64,000 bases of DNA from a virus (taxonomy: Duplodnaviria; Caudoviricetes): IMG/VR virus record IMGVR_UViG_3300021093_000004; one strand, given 5' to 3'. A program made the position numbers and the translations under genes. Position 1 is the stretch's first letter. Every line of letters begins with the position of its first letter. Positions 38,457-48,244 of this stretch are shown piece after piece. The notes beneath the pieces are model-generated. The model was not told where the DNA came from and ran no database searches. It was given only the letters and a program-made list of their open reading frames with translations.

Positions 38457-39764
38457 GTGTGTTTTGAGGATGTGAGCACTATCTATTTTTACACATTGTT
38501 TGATCCCACGTCCGGTAAGCCGCGATGTGCGGGCATACGTATTGGCGACAAGATTACTGTTTATGATCTATTCCGCCCCGGTGCTGGTAAGAAAATTCGC
38601 ACTATCAATGAGACTATAGCCAAAATCCGCGAGTTTCTTATAACATCGAATGATCGTGGCCACACGATCATAGCTTCTAACTTCAAAAAGCTCCTGCATA
38701 CGTATGGTCTGCCATTAGATTCTCGACAGTATAATGTGTATGATGTTCACATCGATAATCCGGCTAATCCGATTCGTCCGACCAACAGTCAATCAAAAGA
38801 CAATTTGCTGTTGCGAAAGATTCTAGAACGAATGGCATCGGGCCATCACTATGAATACCAGAAATTAATATCTAATGCTGCCGTAGTTTACCAAGATTTG
38901 GAAAATCGTGGCCTTTTTATTAATGACGAATTATTTAGACCAGAATGGTCTATGATTACATTCTCTGGTCGTAGCAAGACTACTGGATTCAATATTCAAG
39001 GATTTCATGAAGACCACTATGTCCGAACAGTTGATGCATCAATGAATAGTGTGCTGCTGCATTTTGACTGGATTTCGGCTGATATTCGTGCTGCGTCATT
39101 ATTATCTGGGGACCCATTATTAACTAAAAGTTTCGAATCCTCTGACCCGTACACTGAAATGGTCGGGTTCTTCCAGAAGCACAGAGCCGGGGAGATAGAC
39201 AGAGAGGAATGTAAAAAGTATCTGCTGCGTTCTATAAACTCGATGGACATTGAAAGCGATGCATTTGTCATTTATCAGCAATTGGGTGAATGGATACTGA
39301 AATGTTATAATATCACTCGTAAATCTGATGGATTCCTTGAAACATTATTACATCGTAGGTTTAAGGTTTCTCGTGCGAAAAATGCATTGGCAGTGTTGAA
39401 TGGAGCTATGCAAGGATCAGTCGCCCATGCAATGCACGCTGCTATTAGAAGGATTTGGGAGCGTCTTGGGTCATATATTTTGGTCGAGATTCATGACTCT
39501 ATTATTATGTCGGTTCCAAATGATTCGGCTGTGATACGGGCTACGATAGATACTGTAGCACCGATAATGATGCATCCGTTTTCGGGATTATTAGCAGATG
39601 ACCCATTGTTTCCAGTCAGAGTGAGTATTGGAAAGCGTTGGAAGAAATGGCAATTATTAGAGACTCATCGAGCGTCTGGAATTGAACGTGTCCAAAAAAC
39701 GCGACAAGCAACTCCAACGACAGCGATCGAAGGCCAAGAAACGGGAAAACCGGCTGAAGCGTGA
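38457..39764 (+). CDS. minimal family A DNA polymerase-like protein (palm/fingers, no clear exonuclease)
   Basis: TFSGR, motif A HFDWISADIR, motif B REECKK, NGAMQGSVA, motif C VEIHDS. Confidence 0.8.
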   Translation: MCFEDVSTIYFYTLFDPTSGKPRCAGIRIGDKITVYDLFRPGAGKKIRTINETIAKIREFLITSNDRGHTIIASNFKKLLHTYGLPLDSRQYNVYDVHIDNPANPIRPTNSQSKDNLLLRKILERMASGHHYEYQKLISNAAVVYQDLENRGLFINDELFRPEWSMITFSGRSKTTGFNIQGFHEDHYVRTVDASMNSVLLHFDWISADIRAASLLSGDPLLTKSFESSDPYTEMVGFFQKHRAGEIDREECKKYLLRSINSMDIESDAFVIYQQLGEWILKCYNITRKSDGFLETLLHRRFKVSRAKNALAVLNGAMQGSVAHAMHAAIRRIWERLGSYILVEIHDSIIMSVPNDSAVIRATIDTVAPIMMHPFSGLLADDPLFPVRVSIGKRWKKWQLLETHRASGIERVQKTRQATPTTAIEGQETGKPAEA

Positions 39765-40080
39765 AAAGCGTCAATTAGCGAAACAGGCGAAACGAAAACA
39801 ACGTCCTCCTAAACCACGTTCGACGCAAACATTAAACGTCCAGACAACCTTTTCCCGATCTGCGTGGCTACCTTTGGGCAATGCCCATCAAGCCGAATTA
39901 GCAGGTCGTGTATTAGGAAGGACAGCGACACCGAAAACGGGCTTCGATAAGGAAGCCTGGCAACCAGACCCAGATACGGTAGATCGACCATCGGTCATTA
40001 CGCCAGATATGGCAACTAGACCACCGGTCACAATGCCAAACGGGTTTAATGCAGAATCATGGAAACCACATGACAGATAA
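39682..40080 (+). CDS. basic hypothetical protein
   Basis: Lys/Arg-rich ORF overlapping both neighbours. Confidence 0.5.
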   Translation: MNVSKKRDKQLQRQRSKAKKRENRLKREKRQLAKQAKRKQRPPKPRSTQTLNVQTTFSRSAWLPLGNAHQAELAGRVLGRTATPKTGFDKEAWQPDPDTVDRPSVITPDMATRPPVTMPNGFNAESWKPHDR

Positions 40081-40612
40081 GAAATTACCTTCATGGATAG
40101 AAGAAAATTTAATGACTGTAGCCCCAGAATTGCGGGGGACTACACTATTCAAATTCAAGGTCAAATTACAAGTCACTGAAGGTAAAGATCCTTCCACCGG
40201 CAAATACCGGCAAAAAGAGCTTGAAGTCGATCTTCTACCAGACCTTGATCTCGATTACGAAATTCTCGAACAACAGATGCTAGATTTCCCGGCCCAATAT
40301 GCTTTTTGGGCATCGGTATACTCTGAAGTCAGGATGGGTGTTGCTGTCGCAGAACGCAGACTCAAGATGCGTTATGGGACAGCGATGGAGCGTGTGCAGC
40401 AGGAATTCGCAGACCGTAACCTTAAACCAACAGTGGAGGTGATAAAGAAAATAGTCGAGAAAGACGCAGATTTAGCCAAAGCAGATTTAGAGTACCAGAA
40501 ATTGCAAATGCAAGCTGGCAAACTATATCACATGCTTGAGGCACTCAAGGCCAAGATTGACGTTGCCCGGTCTGTCGTGGGCTTCAAACGACAGGAATAC
40601 GAAAAGGGCTAA
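40070..40612 (+). CDS. UvsY-like recombination mediator
   Basis: Helical; LEQQMLDFPAQYAFW...LEALKAK; lies just upstream of the SSB as in T4-like phages. Confidence 0.6.
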   Translation: MTDKKLPSWIEENLMTVAPELRGTTLFKFKVKLQVTEGKDPSTGKYRQKELEVDLLPDLDLDYEILEQQMLDFPAQYAFWASVYSEVRMGVAVAERRLKMRYGTAMERVQQEFADRNLKPTVEVIKKIVEKDADLAKADLEYQKLQMQAGKLYHMLEALKAKIDVARSVVGFKRQEYEKG

Positions 40613-40698
40613 TACCTAGCTCTTCCTAACTTCACAAACAGTGTTTGGCACTACGACCATAGGTCACTACGCCAGATCACACAAGGAGAAAGAAACTC

Positions 40699-41847
40699 AT
40701 GCCGTACGATATTGACGCAATCCGTAAGAACATCAAGAAGGCTGTCAGTGGCAAGTTCACTGACCCTGACGAATTCAAGCCTGAAAAGGCCAAGGAAGGA
40801 ACCGAGATCAAATACAGGTTCTTCGTCCTTCCTCCGATTAAGCAAGGTGATGTCCTCAAATCTGGTACTGCCACCAGATCGATGGACAACTTCTTCCTGA
40901 CCCATGGCAATCACTGGATCAACGATCGTCCACATGCCTGCCCACGAATCTGGGACGGTTCTGATTGCGAAATCTGCCAATATGGATTTGACTTGTACAA
41001 AGAGTGCAAGGAAAAGAAGCTTGGCGAGGAACGCAAGAAGGAGATCGGTAAGCAATGGATGCCCAATACCAACTACATGGTGAATATCTTCTTCACCCAG
41101 TGGAAGGGCAATCCGGAAGACCTTCGTGGAAAGGTCAAGTTCTACAACGCTCCCAAGACCTGTCTGGACAAATGGATGGCCACCCTGATGAAGGATGACA
41201 AGGGTGACGCGGAAGATCCAGAAGCTTACGGTGTCTTTTTCGACGAGAACTCTGCTTTCTGCTTCGAGTTGGTTGTCACGAAGGACGGTCGTACCAACGG
41301 TTATAAGACCTCTGGCTTCATAAAGAACAACGGCACTCCTGTGCCGATGATCATGAACGAAGATCGGACGCCTAACAAGAAGAAGATCGAGCAGTTGTTG
41401 CAACTTAGAATCGACCTTTTCACCAAGGTGGAGACGCCAGATCCGGGTAAGATTGCTCGTCTCGCTAATACCATGATCAGCGGCGACGATGATGACGCTG
41501 AAGTTGGCGGCGGATTCGATGCTGATGAAACCGAACCTGAAGCACCGGCTGCGACCACTCAGGCCGCACCAGCAAAAAAGGTTGAGAAGCCCGCTGGGAA
41601 GCCTGCGGCGGCTGCGACGCAGAAGTCGTCCAAACCCGTTCAATCCCGAACGGAAACGAAGAAAACCACAGAGCAGCCCGCTCCGTCGCCGGGCGATGAT
41701 GACGATGATATCGCATCGCAGATGGGCGATGCTTTCGGCGATGAGGCTCAGCTCGATAGTTCTTCAGAAGATTCTACTCCTGCCAATAATGATGATGACA
41801 TCGGCGGAGAAGATATCGACGCACTTCTGAACCAGTTAGACGACTAA
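40699..41847 (+). CDS. T4 gp32-like single-stranded DNA-binding protein
   Basis: YRFFVLPP, HGNH...CP...CEIC, NYMVNI, GKVKFY, acidic tail ending DIDALLNQLDD; AGGAG SD. Confidence 0.85.
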   Translation: MPYDIDAIRKNIKKAVSGKFTDPDEFKPEKAKEGTEIKYRFFVLPPIKQGDVLKSGTATRSMDNFFLTHGNHWINDRPHACPRIWDGSDCEICQYGFDLYKECKEKKLGEERKKEIGKQWMPNTNYMVNIFFTQWKGNPEDLRGKVKFYNAPKTCLDKWMATLMKDDKGDAEDPEAYGVFFDENSAFCFELVVTKDGRTNGYKTSGFIKNNGTPVPMIMNEDRTPNKKKIEQLLQLRIDLFTKVETPDPGKIARLANTMISGDDDDAEVGGGFDADETEPEAPAATTQAAPAKKVEKPAGKPAAAATQKSSKPVQSRTETKKTTEQPAPSPGDDDDDIASQMGDAFGDEAQLDSSSEDSTPANNDDDIGGEDIDALLNQLDD

Positions 41848-41866
41848 TGTCGATTGGTGTTGGTGA

Positions 41867-41897
41867 GGTCGGGGGAGACATTACGTCTCCCCCGACC
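41867..41897 (+). terminator. perfect 13-bp GC-rich hairpin after the SSB gene
   Basis: ggtcgggggagac-attac-gtctcccccgacc; no U-tract. Confidence 0.6.
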
Positions 41898-41912
41898 GTA
41901 TATAGAGTAATT

Positions 41913-42752
41913 ATGGATAGACTCGCATTATTGGTTGACGCTCGAAATGTGCTCTATCGAGCAATTTATGCAGTTCGTGCTGATCGTCAGCACGAAGTGA
42001 AATACCATTATATAGTGATATTATTGCGTCAGTTCACGAATTGGATGCGAACTCATAATCCATCATCTGTCCACGTCTTTTGGGATGCTCCCAGAGATAC
42101 AGTATGGCGACGAGCTGCGTTGAAGACTTACAAAGATCGATCGGTAAGCCAATATGTCGAAGATATTTCTCAAGATCTTGCGACCACCACGATGGCCGCG
42201 ATGGAATTATTCTCGGTTTTGAATGTCCGACAGTATTCTCGAAAGCAGATGGAGGCGGACGACCTGATTTATGCAGCAACGACTATATTGCATCCATGTA
42301 AATCAGTGATCATATCGACAGACAGTGATTTACTGCAAATCCCTTTTCTCTATAGCAGTGCTTCCGTCTTCGATCCTAAGAAGATGGAATTTGCGGAGAT
42401 TCCAGCACATCATCCTGCTTTGATGAAGTCAATTGTAGGGGATAAAGCGGACTCGATTGAAGGGTATCATGGGATTGGCCCTAAGAAGGGCACCATGCTG
42501 CTTGAAAATCCACTACATCTACAAGAATTCCTGGATTTAAAGGGTAGAGATCGTTACCACCGAAATTTGTTATTGACAGATCTTTCTTTGTGTCCGCGTC
42601 TGCTCGCGAACAAATTATATATACAGAGAGTCATGGCGGAGCCTGTGACGTTTGATAAATCCAAGATCTCAGAATTGGTTAGGAAACATAAATTGCTGGG
42701 GTTGGATTCCGAATATGCTAATCTCATCCCACCTTTCTCCAGATTATCATGA
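41913..42752 (+). CDS. 5'-3' exonuclease / flap endonuclease (T4 RNase H-like)
   Basis: LVDARNVLYRA, EADDLI, STDSDLLQ, GDKADSIEGYHGIGPKK. Confidence 0.93.
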   Translation: MDRLALLVDARNVLYRAIYAVRADRQHEVKYHYIVILLRQFTNWMRTHNPSSVHVFWDAPRDTVWRRAALKTYKDRSVSQYVEDISQDLATTTMAAMELFSVLNVRQYSRKQMEADDLIYAATTILHPCKSVIISTDSDLLQIPFLYSSASVFDPKKMEFAEIPAHHPALMKSIVGDKADSIEGYHGIGPKKGTMLLENPLHLQEFLDLKGRDRYHRNLLLTDLSLCPRLLANKLYIQRVMAEPVTFDKSKISELVRKHKLLGLDSEYANLIPPFSRLS

Positions 42753-43530
42753 GCCTGATCAGGTTCCCATACCGTTCGTAATTCTCTCGCAACCTCGAAC
42801 GGGATCTACCCTGGTGTGTTCGTTGCTGTCGAGCCATCCAAGTATACGTGCTCTCGTCGAACCAATAAATCCGCTTGGTCATTCGCACCACATGAAGCCG
42901 ATCAAGGGTTCAAAATGTCTATTACCAGAAGCGATGGTGCAAACGAATTTGCCGCGTGCCTTACGCCTCTTGTTCGATAGAAAGCCTCCTCCAGAAAAAT
43001 GGGTGTTGAGTCGGAAAGAGGCACCCAAAGCCGCTGGTTTCAAGATTATGGCACATCAATTGATGGCCTTGAAGAGTGAACCAGTTTTTTGGCAATATTT
43101 GGTCGATCACAAAATTAAAGTCATTCTTGTATTCAGATACAATACTGTAATGCAATATATCTCTGATCTTATCGTCCAAAAGACTTACCAACCGACTTGT
43201 TGGGATGGTGATATTAAAACTGCTCAGGTCAAGGTTCCAATCGAATCGTTAGAGAAAAATCTTCGAAGAATTATGATGGAGAAACGATACTTAGTCAAGA
43301 AAGTCACAGAACTTGGTCTTGAGAAACGTAGATTGAAATATGAAGATTTTAAGGACGATATTACTCCGGTAAGTCGTTTGATCCCATGGTTGATCGGTGA
43401 ACGTGCCCCATTGACTACTAAGTTATCAAAGCAAAATCCCGACAGTATGAGGGCACGGGTGAAAAATTACAATGAGTTGGTGCGTGAACTTCAACGACTG
43501 AATTTGGACCATCTGATCGTAGATAATTAG
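42715..43530 (+). CDS. sulfotransferase (Stf0-like)
   Basis: ILSQPRTGSTLV 5'-PSB loop, GFKIM, YEDF; start uncertain. Confidence 0.75.
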   Translation: MLISSHLSPDYHEPDQVPIPFVILSQPRTGSTLVCSLLSSHPSIRALVEPINPLGHSHHMKPIKGSKCLLPEAMVQTNLPRALRLLFDRKPPPEKWVLSRKEAPKAAGFKIMAHQLMALKSEPVFWQYLVDHKIKVILVFRYNTVMQYISDLIVQKTYQPTCWDGDIKTAQVKVPIESLEKNLRRIMMEKRYLVKKVTELGLEKRRLKYEDFKDDITPVSRLIPWLIGERAPLTTKLSKQNPDSMRARVKNYNELVRELQRLNLDHLIVDN

Positions 43531-43543
43531 TGGAGAACCTACT

Positions 43544-43819
43544 ATGGCAATAGCAGTACACGTAGCTCGCGTCGGTGTTTTCACAGTTGATCAAAACGGC
43601 CAACGTATCGACAAAGGTAGTCCGAATACTACCATCAATCAACTGAAAAACACTGGCCAAGACATATTGGTTATTCCAGACGCCGCGATTCCGGCGTCTG
43701 CGAGCTATCCAACGGTGAAGGCGTATTTAGAAGCTGAAGCAGCTTCGGATTTCGTTTTGCATCACATGGATCAGACCTGCATCGTCACGTATAACCAATC
43801 TCAGGTAAATTCTGCATAA
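43544..43819 (+). CDS. hypothetical protein
   Basis: GGAG SD, 91 aa. Confidence 0.7.
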   Translation: MAIAVHVARVGVFTVDQNGQRIDKGSPNTTINQLKNTGQDILVIPDAAIPASASYPTVKAYLEAEAASDFVLHHMDQTCIVTYNQSQVNSA

Positions 43820-44511
43820 TGGGCCATCGTATACGATTGCATTTGGCACCAAACTACGATAAATCGCTGGCTCCAATGCCAGCGAAAAAACTTCGTGATT
43901 GGTGGGAGGACAACAACAGAACTAAAGACCACGCCAAGCATTGCCTTCCGCTTTCTATGGCAAACAGTCTTGGCTTCTATATTCGTTCTCCAGGCACATT
44001 TCTTGTCAGATGGAATGGTGATATTCAAGCTCCGGCCAAAGTCGAAGCCGTAGAGAAATCATCACATTATGAAGTTGACGCACATGCCGCTTTCGGGTCG
44101 TTCACTATTCAGGCCAAATTTGTGCCAGTGACCGATGATCCGGGAGATTTTGTTTATATCAAGGGCATTCCGAATGAGCGATCGATGCCCTATTCATGTA
44201 TGGAGGCTTGCATTGAAGCATGGTGGAATGTCGGTAATTTCGGCTTGGTGTATCTCCTGAATCAACCAGGGGAATTTATGATTCATATGGGGCAGCCCAT
44301 CGCACACATGTTTCTGTATCACGGGGCTGCTGGGTCGGCGGACTTGGAGCTTGCTGATAATTATCCAGAGCAACATGTGGGGTGGCATTATAAACGCACA
44401 CGTCCAGATTATCAAAAAGATCTCGATTATATGCGAGGTCTTACTTTTGATGGTCAGAAGATTGAATCGCATATAACCAATTGGCGAGATGCTGCAAAAT
44501 TTAGGAAATAG
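43819..44511 (+). CDS. DUF6065-like protein
   Basis: HCLPLSMANSLGFYIRSP, GFGSFT-like HAAFGSFT, GQPIAH. Confidence 0.6.
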   Translation: MGHRIRLHLAPNYDKSLAPMPAKKLRDWWEDNNRTKDHAKHCLPLSMANSLGFYIRSPGTFLVRWNGDIQAPAKVEAVEKSSHYEVDAHAAFGSFTIQAKFVPVTDDPGDFVYIKGIPNERSMPYSCMEACIEAWWNVGNFGLVYLLNQPGEFMIHMGQPIAHMFLYHGAAGSADLELADNYPEQHVGWHYKRTRPDYQKDLDYMRGLTFDGQKIESHITNWRDAAKFRK

Positions 44512-44514
44512 ACC

Positions 44515-45285
44515 ATGAGTGTGCTTGATGACTGGATTAATCCGTATTATCTAACCGACGATGCCGTCGAAGACATCCACGAATCAATACTCGCTAAACC
44601 ATCTATTAGATATGCCGTTCTTGATGATTTCTTCAAGACCGACAAATTAGACCAACTAATTGCACACCATCACACATTGCAATTTAGTGAAGAGATGGAT
44701 CGTCGTTCTCCTAAAAATGGCGAACTTTTGCCATACGATGGGTCCGTGTGCTTTGCCCAGCCCGGCGTTCACTTTGGATCTGAACTGTTTTTCGACGATG
44801 AATGGCATCGATATTGTTGCTATCTTACTGGTGCGAAGTTGAATTTTCCTGCCGGGACTGAAATAAAACTTCGTTATCACAGACCAAAAGCAGATGGGTT
44901 CTGGATTCATACTGATAGCACAATCAGGGCGGTGGTCGCAATCGCATATTTCAATAAGAATTGGAGACTATCAGACGGTGGAGTGTTACAGCTATGGAGG
45001 GTTGATGAGGCCACCGACCCAGACGCTTTTACAATTGAAAGTCCAAAAGGACGTATGGATTTTCTAACTCGTCATACCAGAATTCGAACTCGAACTCCGG
45101 GTGGTGGTTTTCCTGACAAACAACCGCATGATCTGGTACTGATTGATCAGGTAGTGCCTGCGTATAATCGATTGTTTTTATGCAATTTTCAACATTCGCC
45201 AGCGTACCATAGTGTAACTCCAAGTGGTGAAAAAGCACGACTTGGATTTGTACAATGGCTTTTTGAACGTAATTCGAGATTATAA
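44515..45285 (+). CDS. 2OG-Fe(II) oxygenase (prolyl-hydroxylase-like)
   Basis: HTD, AYFNKNW..DGGVLQLW, PAYNRL, HSV, R. Confidence 0.85.
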   Translation: MSVLDDWINPYYLTDDAVEDIHESILAKPSIRYAVLDDFFKTDKLDQLIAHHHTLQFSEEMDRRSPKNGELLPYDGSVCFAQPGVHFGSELFFDDEWHRYCCYLTGAKLNFPAGTEIKLRYHRPKADGFWIHTDSTIRAVVAIAYFNKNWRLSDGGVLQLWRVDEATDPDAFTIESPKGRMDFLTRHTRIRTRTPGGGFPDKQPHDLVLIDQVVPAYNRLFLCNFQHSPAYHSVTPSGEKARLGFVQWLFERNSRL

Positions 45286-45947
45286 TGCCAAAACCAACTT
45301 CTGAAGAAATGTCCCGGATCGGACGTTCGAATGTCCGCCGTAGCAAGAGCCACGAACGTCGTGTTGCTCACCTGTTGACCGATTGGGCCGGGGTCGAATT
45401 TCGCCGCCGCCGCGTTGAAGGCCGAGATTCAACGGTTATTGAACGGGAATCGACAGCAGATGTTATCCCTGTCAAAGGAGACATTCTATTCTCTATTGAA
45501 GCCAAGTGCGGAGAATGCACAAGCCTGGACGGGTTATTGTCAAATCCGATGTCGAATAAATTCACCGGATGGTGGCATCAGTGTGTCTATGATGCCGAAT
45601 TGTTGTCGGCCACATTCAAACGGAAATTTTATCCTCTGTTGTTTTTCAAACCACATCCGAACTTCGATTGGATAGCCGTCGATCAAGAGGTTTTCGTATC
45701 TAAGATCTTGACCCCAACCGAAGCGGCGAAACCTTCACATGTCTTGGCATCCGATCACAATATGCCCATTTGGATGCCGAATATAGCCTATGATGGTTAT
45801 AATCTCGTTGGACCAGTCACCCACGATGTATCGCACTCGAAGAAACATCCGGTGATGAAAACATTGACACTGCCATCTCTCTATATGATCCGTTGGAAAG
45901 ACTTTGCACATACAGTTAATCCAACATCGGTGTTTGTCCAAACCTAA
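45285..45947 (+). CDS. PD-(D/E)xK nuclease, Holliday junction resolvase-like
   Basis: KSKSHERRVA, ADVI, SIEAK, WWHQ. Confidence 0.75.
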   Translation: MPKPTSEEMSRIGRSNVRRSKSHERRVAHLLTDWAGVEFRRRRVEGRDSTVIERESTADVIPVKGDILFSIEAKCGECTSLDGLLSNPMSNKFTGWWHQCVYDAELLSATFKRKFYPLLFFKPHPNFDWIAVDQEVFVSKILTPTEAAKPSHVLASDHNMPIWMPNIAYDGYNLVGPVTHDVSHSKKHPVMKTLTLPSLYMIRWKDFAHTVNPTSVFVQT

Positions 45948-45969
45948 AAATAGCTTGGAGACACAATAT

Positions 45970-46140
45970 ATGTCTTGCTGTGGAAAATCTGCAACTATTC
46001 GTGTTGAGCGAACTCATGTTGCAGCAAGTAACCGTCCGAAAATCGTGCGAACAACGAAGCACAATTTGAGTGCTAAGGTTGCAGTACCATCATCTACAGC
46101 GGTAAAACCAGCAAATGACCGTGAAAAATACAGGGTATAA
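45970..46140 (+). CDS. small basic protein (MSCCG start)
   Basis: ATG at 45970 after GGAG; 56 aa. Confidence 0.65.
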   Translation: MSCCGKSATIRVERTHVAASNRPKIVRTTKHNLSAKVAVPSSTAVKPANDREKYRV

Positions 46141-46142
46141 TT

Positions 46143-46412
46143 ATGGCATGCTGTGGCGGTGGAAGTAGTAAACGCTCTGTACGTTCGGCTTCTGTGGTGT
46201 CTGCTCATGCAGCCCCCAAACCGCCCAAGACGCCCGCTATACGGAAAATCACACGTCAGCGGAACGCGGCGACACCGGCCTCAATTCAGAGGCAATATGT
46301 AATCCCGCGACACGTATGTCCAAAGTGCGGACATCCGACTATGTTAGTACATATTGCTAACCGTGAAAGGCAGCAGTGTACGAACATAGATTGTAGATTT
46401 GTAATCCAATGA
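46143..46412 (+). CDS. small basic zinc-ribbon protein (MACCG start)
   Basis: CPKC...CTNIDC. Confidence 0.7.
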   Translation: MACCGGGSSKRSVRSASVVSAHAAPKPPKTPAIRKITRQRNAATPASIQRQYVIPRHVCPKCGHPTMLVHIANRERQQCTNIDCRFVIQ

Positions 46413-46846
46413 CATCAATTTTTATATGGATCATGCTGATCATCGCCACTGAGCGGGCGACTGAACTTATCGTGGAGTCGAAGATATTCGAGCCACTTCG
46501 ACTAAGAGTAAAACGATTGGTTTATCCCGGTGATGCTCCCCCGCCAGACACGTTTTTCCAACATGTGAAAGTCATGTTCGATTACTTGTTACATTGCGGG
46601 TATTGTGTAAGCGTATGGATGGGCGGGTTCTTTGCATTGTTTGCAGAGAGGTATTTTGAACCAATATTTCTAAATTGGTTCTTGTCTGCATTATTCCTTC
46701 ACGGGATGTCCAATCTTCACCATGTTGGATACGAATTGGCACGCAGAGGAAGAATCAAAACGTACGATGTTATGTTCAAGGTGGCAATAGACGAATCAAT
46801 TTCAATTCCTGCCGATGAGGAGTCCGAGGGGTCCGATGCCGTTTGA
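46409..46846 (+). CDS. DUF1360-like membrane protein
   Basis: Hydrophobic helices with LLHCGYCVSVW. Confidence 0.65.
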   Translation: MTSIFIWIMLIIATERATELIVESKIFEPLRLRVKRLVYPGDAPPPDTFFQHVKVMFDYLLHCGYCVSVWMGGFFALFAERYFEPIFLNWFLSALFLHGMSNLHHVGYELARRGRIKTYDVMFKVAIDESISIPADEESEGSDAV

Positions 46847-47354
46847 AGATCTTGAAAAAGCGATGGCACGGCAGAGTCAAAAGCTGAACCCATCTGTGGT
46901 TCTTCAGCCGGTAGCGGTATATCAGGTAGATGATATCAAACGAGTATTGTCGGAAATCGATCCCAAGAATACTCGTCCAGCACCTGAGATTCAACTCGCT
47001 GCTCTATTGAGTGCTATGGAAGATGGGAAGAATAATACGTATCGTGTAACGGCTGTCACCAAATCCAGAAGCAAAAGGGAAATGTTGCTTGAAGGCATGG
47101 ACCTTATCAAGCGGCAAATCGAAGCCACAGATCAAATCGCTGAAAAATTAGAACCCACTGAAGTCAATGGCGTTCTGATGCAACCACCGAAATTTGGAAA
47201 AGCCGGTAAAGGCCAAACCTGGATAGATCCGCTAATTCGCCACTGGCTTGGTGGCTATCGTGACGGATTGACGATTTGTTGGGATCTGGATGGATACCAG
47301 TACCGTTATGACATCTATGAGCATAAGCTTGGTCGAGTAAAACATGAAGCCTGA
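46836..47354 (+). CDS. hypothetical protein
   Basis: ORF overlapping neighbours. Confidence 0.65.
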   Translation: MPFEDLEKAMARQSQKLNPSVVLQPVAVYQVDDIKRVLSEIDPKNTRPAPEIQLAALLSAMEDGKNNTYRVTAVTKSRSKREMLLEGMDLIKRQIEATDQIAEKLEPTEVNGVLMQPPKFGKAGKGQTWIDPLIRHWLGGYRDGLTICWDLDGYQYRYDIYEHKLGRVKHEA

Positions 47355-47661
47355 TCAAGATTTACCACACTTGGCTCAATATCGGCAACTGGCCGACTAT
47401 TCACCAGCATATGGCGATTTTGTCGTATGGTCTGGGTGGTTTATCACTTGGCACGGCGTCGTATCAAATTATGACCTGAAGACAGAGGAGTTGTACATAA
47501 TTTTCGCTGGAGTTCCGTTCCTATTGTTCACGATGGACGAAGAGGAACAGAAGCGGGAAACCAAGAAAATCAAACTATCGAAGATTAAAAATGCGTCGCA
47601 AGGGAACTGGGCAATCCAACAGCACGACCACGCCAGAAACGCGGTCATCTGGTATATCTAA
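47344..47661 (+). CDS. hypothetical protein
   Basis: ORF overlapping neighbours. Confidence 0.65.
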   Translation: MKPDQDLPHLAQYRQLADYSPAYGDFVVWSGWFITWHGVVSNYDLKTEELYIIFAGVPFLLFTMDEEEQKRETKKIKLSKIKNASQGNWAIQQHDHARNAVIWYI

Positions 47662-48244
47662 ACTACCGCAACTTCCACAAGTTTTAACTTATCCTTCATA
47701 TCTGCCATTTGCTAAATTAGAAAAGACTGTCCATAGCTTATTCTGTTATGTGATTCGGCACTACGGGAACGATGGGCTTTCTGTTCTTGTATATCGTCAA
47801 CCGACTAAGGATCAAGTAGTCGTCATCTGCGGTGATTGGAAGGGCAATAATTTAGATATAACTTACGATTCGCCGCTATCCAATATTGCGAACAAATTTC
47901 TCCAAGAGTCCGTCGCAACGTTTATTGGCACAATGCGACTGATTAAATTGGATCAAGCACAATTCTTCTTTGGTGTCATTGACGACGAATTGGTACTTGT
48001 TGATATTCAAGTATCGCGTAATAAATTGACCGGACCCGGCATGGTTCGTGATATTTTTGGCAAAATATTCAAGACCCAGGAGATTCTAAAAGTCGAAGTT
48101 CTTGATGATCGAGCTATAGAAGGTATCCGTGATGGTGCTGGTACCTATGCTGGAGATCTGATTATTAAGCCATCTCGATTTCGTATGTATCACGACGAGA
48201 AAATTAATTCATTCGCTCCGATGTATGTTGAGGTGGTACGCTAA
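47591..48244 (+). CDS. hypothetical protein
   Basis: Long ORF in operon; start uncertain. Confidence 0.65.
   Translation: MRRKGTGQSNSTTTPETRSSGISKLPQLPQVLTYPSYLPFAKLEKTVHSLFCYVIRHYGNDGLSVLVYRQPTKDQVVVICGDWKGNNLDITYDSPLSNIANKFLQESVATFIGTMRLIKLDQAQFFFGVIDDELVLVDIQVSRNKLTGPGMVRDIFGKIFKTQEILKVEVLDDRAIEGIRDGAGTYAGDLIIKPSRFRMYHDEKINSFAPMYVEVVR

Noticed and set aside
40651-41643. 330-aa antisense ORF
   Set aside because: Mirror of the codon-biased SSB gene; no motifs
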